A DNA stretch of 64,000 nucleotides from an uncultured Nitrososphaerota archaeon (GCA_963701075.1 OY969559.1:1504001-1568000), one strand, 5' to 3'. Counted from the first letter of the stretch, positions 39,716 through 49,074 are shown. The notes: generated by a model from the sequence alone, not told the origin. Translations and numbers: made by a program.

Positions 39716-39738
39716 TGGTACATTTGTAGATTGTACCA
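39716..39738. promoter_or_regulatory. TGGTAC-N11-GTACCA operator
   Basis: Perfect palindrome TGGTAC ATTTGTAGATT GTACCA. Confidence 0.7.
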
Positions 39739-39981
39739 TCTTGTAATCTACAAGACATAGAACGTGGACAGTAGAACTGTGTCAGATAAGCGTTCAACAC
39801 ATAGATGTCATGTATTTTTTTTGATGATTTGTACCTATAAGAGATCAATACAGCAACAATAGTAATGATATGCGTTAATGAGTAGTGATAAATAAAAAAG
39901 ACGATAACCACGTAATGAACGCCTGTTCTGACGTGGTTTTGTCGTCCTTACAAACTATCGTTCGATCATTATAAAGAATTA

Positions 39982-40004
39982 TAGTACAATCGAGGAATGT
40001 ACCA
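39982..40004 (+). promoter_or_regulatory. TGGTAC-N11-GTACCA-like operator
   Basis: TAGTAC AATCGAGGAAT GTACCA followed by TTATAAAA. Confidence 0.6.
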
Positions 40005-40038
40005 CCAATATTATAAAAATCTCAAGCCATCATAATAC

Positions 40039-40116
40039 GTGAACGAAGAAAAAGCCATTCCAAAAGAATCTGAACAGAAGAAAAGAAAATGGTATCGGTT
40101 TTGGACCAAACAATAA
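40039..40116 (+). CDS. putative 25-aa micro-peptide with KKRKWYRFW tail
   Basis: GTG start: MNEEKAIPKESEQKKRKWYRFWTKQ*; TATA 28 nt upstream. Confidence 0.5.
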   Translation: MNEEKAIPKESEQKKRKWYRFWTKQ

Positions 40117-40183
40117 TAAAATTGAAAAATCATTACGCAAGATCTTATCATTCTTAACAGATCAGTCACAGTAGGATTTTTTG

Positions 40184-40912
40184 TTAATTATATTGACTGA
40201 AAGAATTCAGTCTCTTCCCGCTAGACTTGTTCTGGAATACTTTGGTTATTTGCTCAAATATACGATATGCACTTACCATGGCTTCTGCCTTACTTTTGTC
40301 CCCTACAGCGTTACTCTCTACAATTGCATATCTCGATACTATCTTGAGGTTGACTTGGAACTTGTCACCATTAGTCCATTGTAACACATATCCTCCGTCT
40401 CCATCTATCAACCCTATCCAGCGTAAATTACCAAACCATTTTCCAACAAGCTTGTTTACAATTTCTTCAACCTCCACTGTATTAGGGATGTATAACTGAA
40501 GCACCTGAACAAACTGGTGTTGTTTAGATACTTTTCTAGACAAGTTCTCAAGGTCCAGTTTTGACCTCTTGACTAGAATTGACCTAAGATTCTTGCTTGG
40601 CCTATAACCTACTGCGCTTTTCTCTACGAGACCAGAATTTTCTAACCTATGCAAAGATCTTGAGAGGCTTTGTTGATGCATTCCCAGTTTTCTTGCAAGA
40701 CCATTGAAGGTATATTGGTTATCAGATAAATCATTGTCTTGGTTTAATATTGACAAAACTTTCTTGTCATTTACCTGAAAGTCATCAAGTGATATCCCAG
40801 AAGCGTCATCAATTATGAGTTGCACTATCTTGTCGTTTACCGTTATCTCTTTTTCTTCTGTTTTGTCCTCTATTTCAGTCCTGATTTCTTTGTTTTCCAT
40901 TTTTTCTATCAC
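40184..40912 (-). CDS. winged-helix DNA-binding protein
   Basis: YTFNGLARKLGMHQQSLSRSLHRLENSGLVEK. Confidence 0.85.
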   Translation of the reverse strand: MIEKMENKEIRTEIEDKTEEKEITVNDKIVQLIIDDASGISLDDFQVNDKKVLSILNQDNDLSDNQYTFNGLARKLGMHQQSLSRSLHRLENSGLVEKSAVGYRPSKNLRSILVKRSKLDLENLSRKVSKQHQFVQVLQLYIPNTVEVEEIVNKLVGKWFGNLRWIGLIDGDGGYVLQWTNGDKFQVNLKIVSRYAIVESNAVGDKSKAEAMVSAYRIFEQITKVFQNKSSGKRLNSFSQYN

Positions 40913-40928
40913 ATAGTGAGCTTCTTAC

Positions 40929-41204
40929 TTATTTAAGGATAGGCAACATTATAGCGCTATCTTCCTGTCTTGTTACTATTTTTGTTAAAGATTTGTACAG
41001 TATGTTTAGTTTATTTTTTCTTGATCTTGTATTTCTTGAGCTTAGCCTTAATTTATTATTGCAACACGGACAGCGATGCAAAGGATATGAGTTTACGTCG
41101 ATGAAAACACTGCATACAGAGCACGGCCTTTGTCCTGCCACAAATCTAAACCCACCAGATGGCCTCTTTGCTGCAAACCTATTGCAAATTCCTTTACATC
41201 TCAA
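40929..41204 (-). CDS. Cys-rich zinc-finger protein
   Basis: CKGIC...CSVC...CPCCNNKLR pattern typical of thaumarchaeal small proteins. Confidence 0.8.
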   Translation of the reverse strand: MRCKGICNRFAAKRPSGGFRFVAGQRPCSVCSVFIDVNSYPLHRCPCCNNKLRLSSRNTRSRKNKLNILYKSLTKIVTRQEDSAIMLPILK

Positions 41205-41393
41205 AAATTATCATCTTCTTTTTGACACATGTAAAAATGCACATAATTTGGTTGGATGTGACATTGATAAAGTGACTAATAGTCAATGAACCTAGTCACA
41301 TATACCGCAGATAAAGGCATCAGCGTAATGAAATCACTATGAGTTAAGAACTACTGGAACTCTTGTTTTTCTAATTTTATTCGAATTAGGAAG

Positions 41394-41507
41394 TCATTTG
41401 CATTTGCATTCAACGCAAGTACAACCGCTTCCACAAGTACATTTGCCTCCCTTATCGCATCCGCAAGTAGTTTTGTGTTGTGCACCGCATCCGCATTGTT
41501 TTACCAT
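41394..41507 (-). CDS. metallothionein-like peptide 1 (37 aa, 10 Cys)
   Basis: MVKQCGCGAQHKTTCGCDKGGKCTCGSGCTCVECKCK*; five CxC pairs. Confidence 0.88.
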   Translation of the reverse strand: MVKQCGCGAQHKTTCGCDKGGKCTCGSGCTCVECKCK

Positions 41508-41547
41508 GTGTGATTAATGAGTGAAGTGTTATATTCGAATATAGCAG

Positions 41548-41565
41548 ATTATCATTTTTGATAAT
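41548..41565. promoter_or_regulatory. ATTATCA-N4-TGATAAT operator upstream of metallothionein 1
   Basis: Perfect palindrome 41 nt from the ATG; variants at 44303 and 45216. Confidence 0.7.
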
Positions 41566-41699
41566 GACTTTTATGATTGTACACATATAAATAAAAAAAA
41601 TAAATATTTTTCAATAACCATAAAAACAAAGTTATTTTTATTTTCAAACACGATATTGTACCATGATGTTTATAGCCTGCCTTGTGACGTATTAATCAC

Positions 41700-42002
41700 A
41701 TGGCAAAAACTAGAAGCCTTGCAAGTCATGATAAGCTAAAACGTGAACACCTTCGATTGAGACAACAACATGAAAAATTAAACAGAGAACATCAAAAATT
41801 ACGCAAAGAGCATGAAAAATTTCATTTGGCTTTGTTAAAACATCACAAAGAACATGAAAAACTACGCAAGGAACATCAACAACTTTTGAAACTTCATGAA
41901 AAACACCATAAAATGCATGAACAGCATCATGAATCTCATGAGATTCACCACAGAAAACATGATGCCCATAAAAAAGGACATGCTAGATTTCATAGAAGAT
42001 AA
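41700..42002 (+). CDS. histidine-zipper coiled-coil protein (23 His in 100 aa)
   Basis: His at residues 10, 17, 24, 31, 38, 52, 59, 66, 73, 80, 87, 94. Confidence 0.85.
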   Translation: MAKTRSLASHDKLKREHLRLRQQHEKLNREHQKLRKEHEKFHLALLKHHKEHEKLRKEHQQLLKLHEKHHKMHEQHHESHEIHHRKHDAHKKGHARFHRR

Positions 42003-42007
42003 GTAGT

Positions 42008-44098
42008 TTAGATTCGCATTGGTTTGTATCTATTCAATAGTAGAGAATTGCTGATAACAGTTACAGAACTTGTTGCCATTGCACCAGCTGCAAGAAATGG
42101 CAAGATCATGTACACATGAGGGCCAAATATTGGAACAAGGGCACCAGCAGCAACTGGAATCAGAGCAGAGTTGTATACAAAGGATAAAAAGAGATTTTGT
42201 TTTATTTTTGATACTGTTTTTTTGCTCAATTCCATTGCCGTTACAACATCACGAAGATCATTTTTAACAAGTATGATGCCCCCTGTTTCTTTTGCAATAT
42301 CCGTTCCGCTTCCAAACGAAATTCCGATATCTGCCGCAGCAAGTGCGGGAGCATCATTTATTCCATCGCCCACCATGGCAACAATTTTTCCCTCTTCCTT
42401 TATTTTTCTAATGGTATTTTCCTTTTCTTGAGGCGATACTTCAGCAAGTACTCTATCTATACCAAGTTTGTTTGCAATTGTATTAGCTGTTCTTTTATTG
42501 TCACCAGTAAGCATTACTACCTGAATTCCATTTTTTTTGAGTCTTTGTATGGCTTCTTGCGCATAATCACTGATTGTATCCATCATTACAATTATTCCAG
42601 ATAATTTTTTATCTATGGAAACAATGACTGGCGTTTTCCCTTCTCCTTCAAACTCCTCCATCTTTTTATCAAGTGTTTCATCAATAGTAATTCCATTACC
42701 AATTATGAATTTTCTATTTCCAATCAATATCTGATGATCTCCGTATTGAGAGAATATGCCGCTGCCAGCAAATACTTTGAAAGAATCAGGTTCAGAGATA
42801 GGAATTCCTAATTTTTTTGCGTGTCTAACTATAGATTGTGCAAGCGGATGTTCGGAATTTTTTTCCGAGATTGCTGCTAGGCGCAAGATCTCGTTGTCAT
42901 CCATTCCATTTACTGAAAATACATCAGTAACTGAAGGAATTCCTTTTGTCAGAGTACCTGTCTTATCCAATACTACGACCTGAACCTTTCGTGCAATCTC
43001 AAGATTCTCTCCTCCCTTTATCAAAATTCCATTCTCTGCTGCTTTTCCAGCTCCGACCATCAAGGCAGCAGGTGTAGCAATTCCTAATGCGCATGGGCAA
43101 GAAATTATCACCACTGATACAAAAGCAAGAAGTGAGAATGTAATCCCAATTCCACCAAAAAAGAACCACCCTAGTGCAGAAATTAATCCAATTATGATGA
43201 TTGCTGGTACAAAATATGACGATATCTTGTCAGCAAGTTTTTGAATTGGGACCTTGCTTGATTTTGCTTCTTCTACAAGTTTTACTATCTGTGATAAAAC
43301 AGAGTCGTCTCCAATCTTGGTTGTTTTGAATTTAAAGGCTCCTTCTTTGTTGATTGTACCGCCAATCACTTCATCACCAGATTCTTTCTCAACTGGTATG
43401 CTCTCTCCTGTTATTGCAGACTGGTCTACAGAGGAGCTTCCATCAATTATGATTCCGTCAACTGGAATTTTTTCTCCAGGACGAACTAGAACGATATCAT
43501 TTAGCTGTACATTTTCAACTGGTTCATCTGTTTCTTTGCTATCTTTGATGACATGAGCTATGGTCGGTTTGAGATCTAGTAATTTTTTGACAGCTTTTGA
43601 TGCTCTTGTCTTTGTTCTGCTTTCTAGTAATCTTCCAATTAGCAAAAGCGTAATTATTATTGAAGAAGTTTCAAAGTACAGATCCCCCATTGGTAAAACA
43701 TTGTGCGCAAATGCTACAACAGTACTGTAACCCCATGCTGTTGAGGTTCCTATAGCAATCAAGACATCCATGTTAGTCATCTTGTGTTTGAACGCATCAA
43801 ATGTTCCCTGATAGAATCTCCACCCCAACCAGAACTGAACGGGCGTAGCTAAAGCAAAAAGTACGTATCCGTTAATCTGACGAGGTAATACGGAAATATA
43901 TGTTAACAAAACTATAGGAATTGTGAGTGCGATACCTAGAACGACATATCGCTTTAGTTTTTTAAGCTCTTTTTCTGGTGCAGCAAATTCATCAAGACAA
44001 CTCTTGCAACAAAAATAGTGTTTGGTTCCTTCTGTTTCATAGTTAAGGGATTGATCTTTTTCCTCAACAAACATTCCACAAATAGGATCTCTCGCCAT
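42008..44098 (-). CDS. copA: Cu(+)-exporting P1B-type ATPase with N-terminal YHS/TRASH domain
   Basis: DPICGM...YFCC..C, TGES, CPCALG, DKTGT, SEHP, GDGIND, YN and MATSS motifs. Confidence 0.96.
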   Translation of the reverse strand: MARDPICGMFVEEKDQSLNYETEGTKHYFCCKSCLDEFAAPEKELKKLKRYVVLGIALTIPIVLLTYISVLPRQINGYVLFALATPVQFWLGWRFYQGTFDAFKHKMTNMDVLIAIGTSTAWGYSTVVAFAHNVLPMGDLYFETSSIIITLLLIGRLLESRTKTRASKAVKKLLDLKPTIAHVIKDSKETDEPVENVQLNDIVLVRPGEKIPVDGIIIDGSSSVDQSAITGESIPVEKESGDEVIGGTINKEGAFKFKTTKIGDDSVLSQIVKLVEEAKSSKVPIQKLADKISSYFVPAIIIIGLISALGWFFFGGIGITFSLLAFVSVVIISCPCALGIATPAALMVGAGKAAENGILIKGGENLEIARKVQVVVLDKTGTLTKGIPSVTDVFSVNGMDDNEILRLAAISEKNSEHPLAQSIVRHAKKLGIPISEPDSFKVFAGSGIFSQYGDHQILIGNRKFIIGNGITIDETLDKKMEEFEGEGKTPVIVSIDKKLSGIIVMMDTISDYAQEAIQRLKKNGIQVVMLTGDNKRTANTIANKLGIDRVLAEVSPQEKENTIRKIKEEGKIVAMVGDGINDAPALAAADIGISFGSGTDIAKETGGIILVKNDLRDVVTAMELSKKTVSKIKQNLFLSFVYNSALIPVAAGALVPIFGPHVYMILPFLAAGAMATSSVTVISNSLLLNRYKPMRI

Positions 44099-44133
44099 TT
44101 TTGATCAACTATAAAGAAAAAATGAAGAGAGAT

Positions 44134-44262
44134 CTAACCGTGTTTTCCATGCTTGGGATCCCTACAATCCACACATGTACAATTACTTCCACAATCACAT
44201 TTGCCAGTTGTTTCACATTTGCAATGTGATTTATGTTGTGCGCCACAGCCACAGTTTGCCAT
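44134..44262 (-). CDS. metallothionein-like peptide 2 (42 aa, 9 Cys, 4 His)
   Basis: MANCGCGAQHKSHCKCETTGKCDCGSNCTCVDCRDPKHGKHG*; 35 nt upstream of copA. Confidence 0.88.
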   Translation of the reverse strand: MANCGCGAQHKSHCKCETTGKCDCGSNCTCVDCRDPKHGKHG

Positions 44263-44302
44263 GATTATCTTAGAAATCACTGGTTAATTAGGCTGTTCCT
44301 AG

Positions 44303-44320
44303 ATTTTCAAGTTTGATAAT
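44303..44320. promoter_or_regulatory. ATTATCA-N4-TGATAAT-like operator upstream of metallothionein 2 and copA
   Basis: ATTTTCA AGTT TGATAAT, 41 nt from the ATG. Confidence 0.65.
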
Positions 44321-44373
44321 TAATTCTGGAGTTGTACCAATGACGTTAAGATTACCCATGTAGAATCAATGAT

Positions 44374-44799
44374 ATGCAAAATGTGAGTTCCAGTATAGGA
44401 AAGAAGCCATTAGTCTATGCATACTTTATCCTATTCTCAATCATTTTTTTAGGAATAGTGTTTGTATTAATTTCACAATTGAACATGGCAACTGTTGACC
44501 AATCCTATTCCGAATCATCAGGTAAAATGATATCAAACGAAACAATGCCTGAGATGTCTGCCAATATGTCAGGTATGCATGGCATGTCTGGGATGTCTGC
44601 CAATATGTCAGGTATGCATGGCATGTCTGGGATGTCTGCCAATATGTCAGGTATGCATGGCATGTCTGGGATGTTAGGAATATCTTCAAATGAAAAAATG
44701 TCGATTTTTTTAGAATGGATGTTTATAATCACAGCAGGTTTGATAGGCATACCTTTTGCATGGGTTATCATAAGTGAAAGAAGAAAAAATTCCCGTTGA
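44374..44799 (+). CDS. two-TM protein with Met/His-rich loop (three 39-bp repeats)
   Basis: (MSANMSGMHGMSG)x3 between TM helices. Confidence 0.85.
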   Translation: MQNVSSSIGKKPLVYAYFILFSIIFLGIVFVLISQLNMATVDQSYSESSGKMISNETMPEMSANMSGMHGMSGMSANMSGMHGMSGMSANMSGMHGMSGMLGISSNEKMSIFLEWMFIITAGLIGIPFAWVIISERRKNSR

Positions 44800-44859
44800 C
44801 GGAATCATAATTGATGGAAGCTCCTCTGTAGACCAGTCTGCAATAACAGGAGAAAGCAT
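44782..44859 (+). repeat. 78-bp inverted copy of an internal copA segment (43398-43475)
   Basis: 76 of 78 nt identical to the reverse complement of 43398-43475. Confidence 0.9.
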
Positions 44860-44914
44860 CAGGGTCTAAAATCTGATTCATGACATAGATGGGCCTACCA
44901 GAACCGAACTTACA

Positions 44915-45172
44915 TCATGCTTTGACAGATTGTTTTGGATTGCTTTCAAATGGCCTTTCGCAATGGGGACATTGGGTGCTAGAATTAGTTCCACACATAC
45001 ATCTAGCAGACTGGAATGAATAAAAGACCGTTGCTACCGCCGTAAGTACCCCGGATAGAACTAAGAGTGCGAAAGCCCAATAGACTCCCATAATCAACAT
45101 TGATATGACCATGGTAAGCATTGCAACAGACATAACCAGCATCATTAGATTATCAGCAATGCCGTGAGCCAT
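44915..45172 (-). CDS. two-TM Met-rich protein with C-terminal Cys cluster
   Basis: CMCG...CPHC tail; operator-like GATATCA-TATT-TGAAATT at 45216-45233. Confidence 0.75.
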   Translation of the reverse strand: MAHGIADNLMMLVMSVAMLTMVISMLIMGVYWAFALLVLSGVLTAVATVFYSFQSARCMCGTNSSTQCPHCERPFESNPKQSVKA

Positions 45173-45374
45173 CTAACCCATACTTCGCATAACTCATATA
45201 AAAATATCATAGAAGGATATCATATTTGAAATTGAAATGAAATCAAACCATGAGATTTGCTGTAAAATTATCATTTTAAGCATGAAAATTTAGTCTTAAC
45301 AGATTCAGGTTTGATACATTTGATTGGTTTTACCATTTGAGTTCAAAACTAGGTGTTTAAGCAGAATATCTGGA

Positions 45375-45650
45375 ATGAGTGACATGTCTTCCACGACTCA
45401 AGAAAATCCTGCGATTCCTTTGGAATCAATTCCGATAATCATAGCTATTTTAATAGGATCGCCTTTTGCTTGGTATTCTATTCATGAAAGAAGGAAAAAG
45501 GAGGTGAATGTAGTGAAAGATCTAGTGTGCGGCATGGAAGTAAGTGAAGGAAAATATTCAACAACGTACAATGGTAAGAATTACCTCTTTTGCTGTGCCC
45601 ATTGCAAAACGACATTTGAAGGCAATCCAAAACAGTTTGTCAAAGAATAG
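45375..45650 (+). CDS. TM-anchored YHS/TRASH-domain protein
   Basis: KDLVCGMEV...YNGKNYLFCCAHCKTTFEGNP. Confidence 0.85.
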   Translation: MSDMSSTTQENPAIPLESIPIIIAILIGSPFAWYSIHERRKKEVNVVKDLVCGMEVSEGKYSTTYNGKNYLFCCAHCKTTFEGNPKQFVKE

Positions 45651-45976
45651 AGTAGACTCAGAATCCTGAGTCCACTTTAGAAACAGAGGCTCTACTAGGC
45701 ATGCTGCTAAATCATAGTACTTCTTCTAAAACCAACACCTATGATCTGAAAACATGGCAGACAGCAAATAGTGCTGAATTGATAAATAGACAGAAACTGT
45801 AGAACGGTGACCAAGAAACAGAGTTAGGGTACTGTCATCAATATAACTCGCCTACAGTTTCTAAATGAAAATGTATCTGATGATTAAATACATTTTTGGT
45901 ACAATTCCCAAAGAGAGTATAATAATTTAGATTAGAAATTAGTTTTCAATAGTGAGAATCACTTCGATGTTTTTTA

Positions 45977-46125
45977 TGCAGAATTTTTCCAACCCGTATC
46001 CTTGTTGCACGAGACGATGCTCCATGCAACAAAGAGCGGATCAGTGATGAAGTCAACGATACGTCGTTAAATCTTATTGCCATCTTTGTCAGATAAATGA
46101 ATTGGTACAGTTACAGAATAAACCA
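45977..46125 (-). ncRNA. duplicated structured RNA candidate with promoter, copy 1
   Basis: About 150-nt direct repeat of 47281-47433; long G.U-containing stem on the minus strand. Confidence 0.6.
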
Positions 46126-46254
46126 TAAGTGCTTGAGTAGGATATTTTGTTCTTAAAAAAATATATTTTTTAGTTTCACATCATAGAGACCCTATAGCTC
46201 TTATCATGCTGAATGAAAAAATAAATTTATTTTAAAAAATTTGTATTTGGGGTT

Positions 46255-47073
46255 TTAGCCCATGCTGTTAAACCCTTCTGCGATGGAGAATGTTGATGTG
46301 TATCTTTGATCATTTCCATCAAGGTATAGATCATGGTTGCTGACATTAACTAATGCAAAGTCAGTTACTCCATCGGGATTTGCTCCTCCTGTACCATCTG
46401 CACCCACATTAAAGTGGTATACACATATGCCATCTTTTGTATCCGATAATTGCTGAAGATATTGTACAGGTGGCGCTTCCAGTGTTAGTACACCGCCATC
46501 AATTATGCCCTCATAGAGTCTCAAATCTGGAGTTCCATTTGGTTCACATGGAAGAACCATTGCCATATGCCCCATTGTCGTATACCATGGAGTGGTGTCA
46601 GCCACATCCAGAAATTGTCCTGGTTTGAGATGTACGCTACCAAAATGGAACCATTCTTCAGTTGGGATGTTTGGAGGAGCATCAGCAGTTTGATTATATC
46701 CCGGTGAGAACGCTTCGCAGCGACCATAATATGCTATTCCTTGATAGACATAGCACGGATTAGCTGCTGATGAAGCAGAGCTGTCTGCAACACACCAACC
46801 AGTGAATGTCCACGGATTACCTAAAAATGAGGTAGTATCAGTGAAGGTTGGTATTGGCGGCCCTCCCAGATATGTGGCAGGATATGTCGTCTGCTGACAA
46901 GTTCCTTCAGATGTTGTGAACGCCGGTACATACACCCAAGGAGTGGAGGTATACATTTTTGGGGTCACAAGTGCGTACGCAGAAGGTACTATGTGAGTCG
47001 GACCTAGTCCAAACCCAACAGTAGCAACAATTGTCAGTACTAGGATTGTAGTTAGAAGCGATTGTTTTTGCAC
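46255..47073 (-). CDS. secreted Cys/His-containing hypothetical protein
   Basis: Signal peptide; DTTPWYTTMGHMAMVLPC and CVYH motifs. Confidence 0.85.
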   Translation of the reverse strand: MQKQSLLTTILVLTIVATVGFGLGPTHIVPSAYALVTPKMYTSTPWVYVPAFTTSEGTCQQTTYPATYLGGPPIPTFTDTTSFLGNPWTFTGWCVADSSASSAANPCYVYQGIAYYGRCEAFSPGYNQTADAPPNIPTEEWFHFGSVHLKPGQFLDVADTTPWYTTMGHMAMVLPCEPNGTPDLRLYEGIIDGGVLTLEAPPVQYLQQLSDTKDGICVYHFNVGADGTGGANPDGVTDFALVNVSNHDLYLDGNDQRYTSTFSIAEGFNSMG

Positions 47074-47109
47074 TATTGAACTTGAACAAATTGATTTATT
47101 TTAAGAGTC

Positions 47110-47132
47110 TGGTTCATTCTACAAATGTACCA
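47110..47132. promoter_or_regulatory. TGGTAC-N11-GTACCA-like operator
   Basis: TGGTTC ATTCTACAAAT GTACCA, 5 nt from the TATA box of 46255..47073. Confidence 0.65.
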
Positions 47133-47280
47133 GTAGTGTTTTGAGATAAATCAACATGTTTTGTTTCTAAAGATCGTAAGTTTCTAAATCAGAATTTCTC
47201 AGGATCAAATACAATTTCGATACAATTTACAAATAGTTGGAATCTATTTGTAATGCGAAATATTGTGGAGTGGCATTTGG

Positions 47281-47433
47281 ATGTAAAATTTTTCCAACCC
47301 GATCCCCGTTGCACGGCATGACATGCCATACAACAAAGGATGGATCAGTGATGAAGTCAAAACGATACGCGTCTTGTTTATTGATTAAACATTTTACAAG
47401 ATAAAGCAATAGATACATTTGCAGAATAAACCA
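47281..47433 (-). ncRNA. duplicated structured RNA candidate with promoter, copy 2
   Basis: Paralog of 45977-46125 with pairing-preserving changes and non-triplet indels. Confidence 0.6.
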
Positions 47434-47473
47434 CTGAAAAAATTATGAAAAAATAGATTCAGAATATACAGAG

Positions 47474-48892
47474 TCAGTTGCAGACAGGATTGTTTAGACA
47501 ATGAAGACTTGCGCCAGTAAGAGTTGCACCGCCCAAGTCTACGCTCCTTAAATCAGCACCGTCAAAATTAGCTCCTGTTAGGTCTGCATAAGCAAATCCA
47601 GTACCTTGCAAGCTTGCACCCCTGAAATCAGCACCTCTAAGGTCAGAATTCATGAGAAGTGCACCGTCTAGATCCGCGCCATTAAATGAGACACGTTCCA
47701 TAGTTGCCCACCTCATCTGACTCCCCTGCAAATTAGCACCAGTCATGTTTGCACCATTAAGAGTCACATAGTCAAAATCAGAAGTTCCCAAGTCGGTGCC
47801 AATCATTTGCGTGCCACTCATATTTGCGCTAGAAAGATCACTGTTTTCCATATTAGCATTGGTAAAGTTAGCAAAGTCAATGTTTGCTTCCACCAAGTCT
47901 GATTTGTAAAGGTTCGCACCAGCAAAATTTGCGCCAACAAGATTGGCTGACGATAGATTAACATGGCTTAGATTATTTCCAGATTTATCGCAGAACGCCC
48001 AATCCACACTAGGAAGGTTTTCTGTCTGACAATAACCCGCGTGACGTACCACATCTACATTTACTTGATATGGAGGCCTTGCGGGAGAACTGAAGTATTT
48101 TATATAATCAGCTGATGTCAAGTTGCCTGATGATAACACTCCTGCCAAATCTGCTAGCGCATTAGGCGTGGATAGCATATTAGATTGTGGTGTTCCTGCC
48201 ATACTATTCATCATACCTTGCGCGTAATAATCAAATGAAAATATTCCTGACATGCCAATCATGTTATTCTCAATCTTATCAAAGAAAGAAGGGATAATAA
48301 TGCACTGCGATGTCTGTCCTGGCAAGCTTTGCGTGTTAACACAATTTGGTTTTGAATATGACATGCTGCTACCAGAGGTCGACATGCCTGACATGCCGTT
48401 CATGCCTGACATGCCGTTCATGCCTGACATGCCGTTCATGCCTGACATGCCGTTCATGCCTGACATTCCTGACATGCCTTGCGTATTACAATTTGTCATT
48501 TCCGACATGGCTTGCGGATTATATGCCATGCTTTGAACGTCATTACAGTATATCGTTTGCCCCATCGCTGTTAGCAAACCATCAGATGTACTGCTTATTC
48601 CTGACATGCTACTCATACCTGACATATTGGCAGACATCCCAGACATACCTTGCATGTTATTTGAAGATGAGTTAGCAAAGTTTTGACCTGAAACAAGAGT
48701 CTGTATCGAATTAATAAAATCTTGGTCACTGATTTGCCCATTGGCCCACAGTAATGCCTTGTAATGAAACCATGCCGGTATGGTGGTTGGCATGACTTGG
48801 GCGCTAGCATGATTTTGTGACAATCCCATGCTGAGAATCAATACAGAGAAGAGTAGCGTTACTGCTGTTAATGTTATTCTTGTTGTTTGCAT
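47474..48892 (-). CDS. secreted pentapeptide-repeat protein with Met-rich tracts
   Basis: Signal peptide, IPAWF...W domain, (MSGMNG)n 18-bp repeats, A(D/N)L..-type pentapeptide repeats. Confidence 0.92.
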   Translation of the reverse strand: MQTTRITLTAVTLLFSVLILSMGLSQNHASAQVMPTTIPAWFHYKALLWANGQISDQDFINSIQTLVSGQNFANSSSNNMQGMSGMSANMSGMSSMSGISSTSDGLLTAMGQTIYCNDVQSMAYNPQAMSEMTNCNTQGMSGMSGMNGMSGMNGMSGMNGMSGMNGMSGMSTSGSSMSYSKPNCVNTQSLPGQTSQCIIIPSFFDKIENNMIGMSGIFSFDYYAQGMMNSMAGTPQSNMLSTPNALADLAGVLSSGNLTSADYIKYFSSPARPPYQVNVDVVRHAGYCQTENLPSVDWAFCDKSGNNLSHVNLSSANLVGANFAGANLYKSDLVEANIDFANFTNANMENSDLSSANMSGTQMIGTDLGTSDFDYVTLNGANMTGANLQGSQMRWATMERVSFNGADLDGALLMNSDLRGADFRGASLQGTGFAYADLTGANFDGADLRSVDLGGATLTGASLHCLNNPVCN

Positions 48893-48936
48893 TTATCTTC
48901 TAAGAATCTAGAATTGCTGCGAGATAATAAATAACA

Positions 48937-48959
48937 TGGTACATTCGATAATTGTACCA
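48937..48959. promoter_or_regulatory. TGGTAC-N11-GTACCA operator
   Basis: Perfect palindrome TGGTAC ATTCGATAATT GTACCA adjacent to the TATA box. Confidence 0.75.
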
Positions 48960-49074
48960 ATATTCAGATTTTAAAACTAGAAATTAATTTTGCATTTTAA
49001 TAAATGAATTTAGAAATATGTTGTAATTATATTAAAGTGTAAATATTTTTTATCATTGTTCCTTAGCGTTTAAT

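Noticed and set aside
47227-47418. 63-aa ORF within the duplicated element
   Set aside because: The reading frame is not preserved in the paralogous copy at 45977-46125, which favours an RNA function.
44441-48675. Antisense or alternate-frame repetitive ORFs (TSQTCHAYLTYWQ, PDMPFM, CRSCLT)
   Set aside because: Shadows of the Met-rich coding repeats on the other strand.
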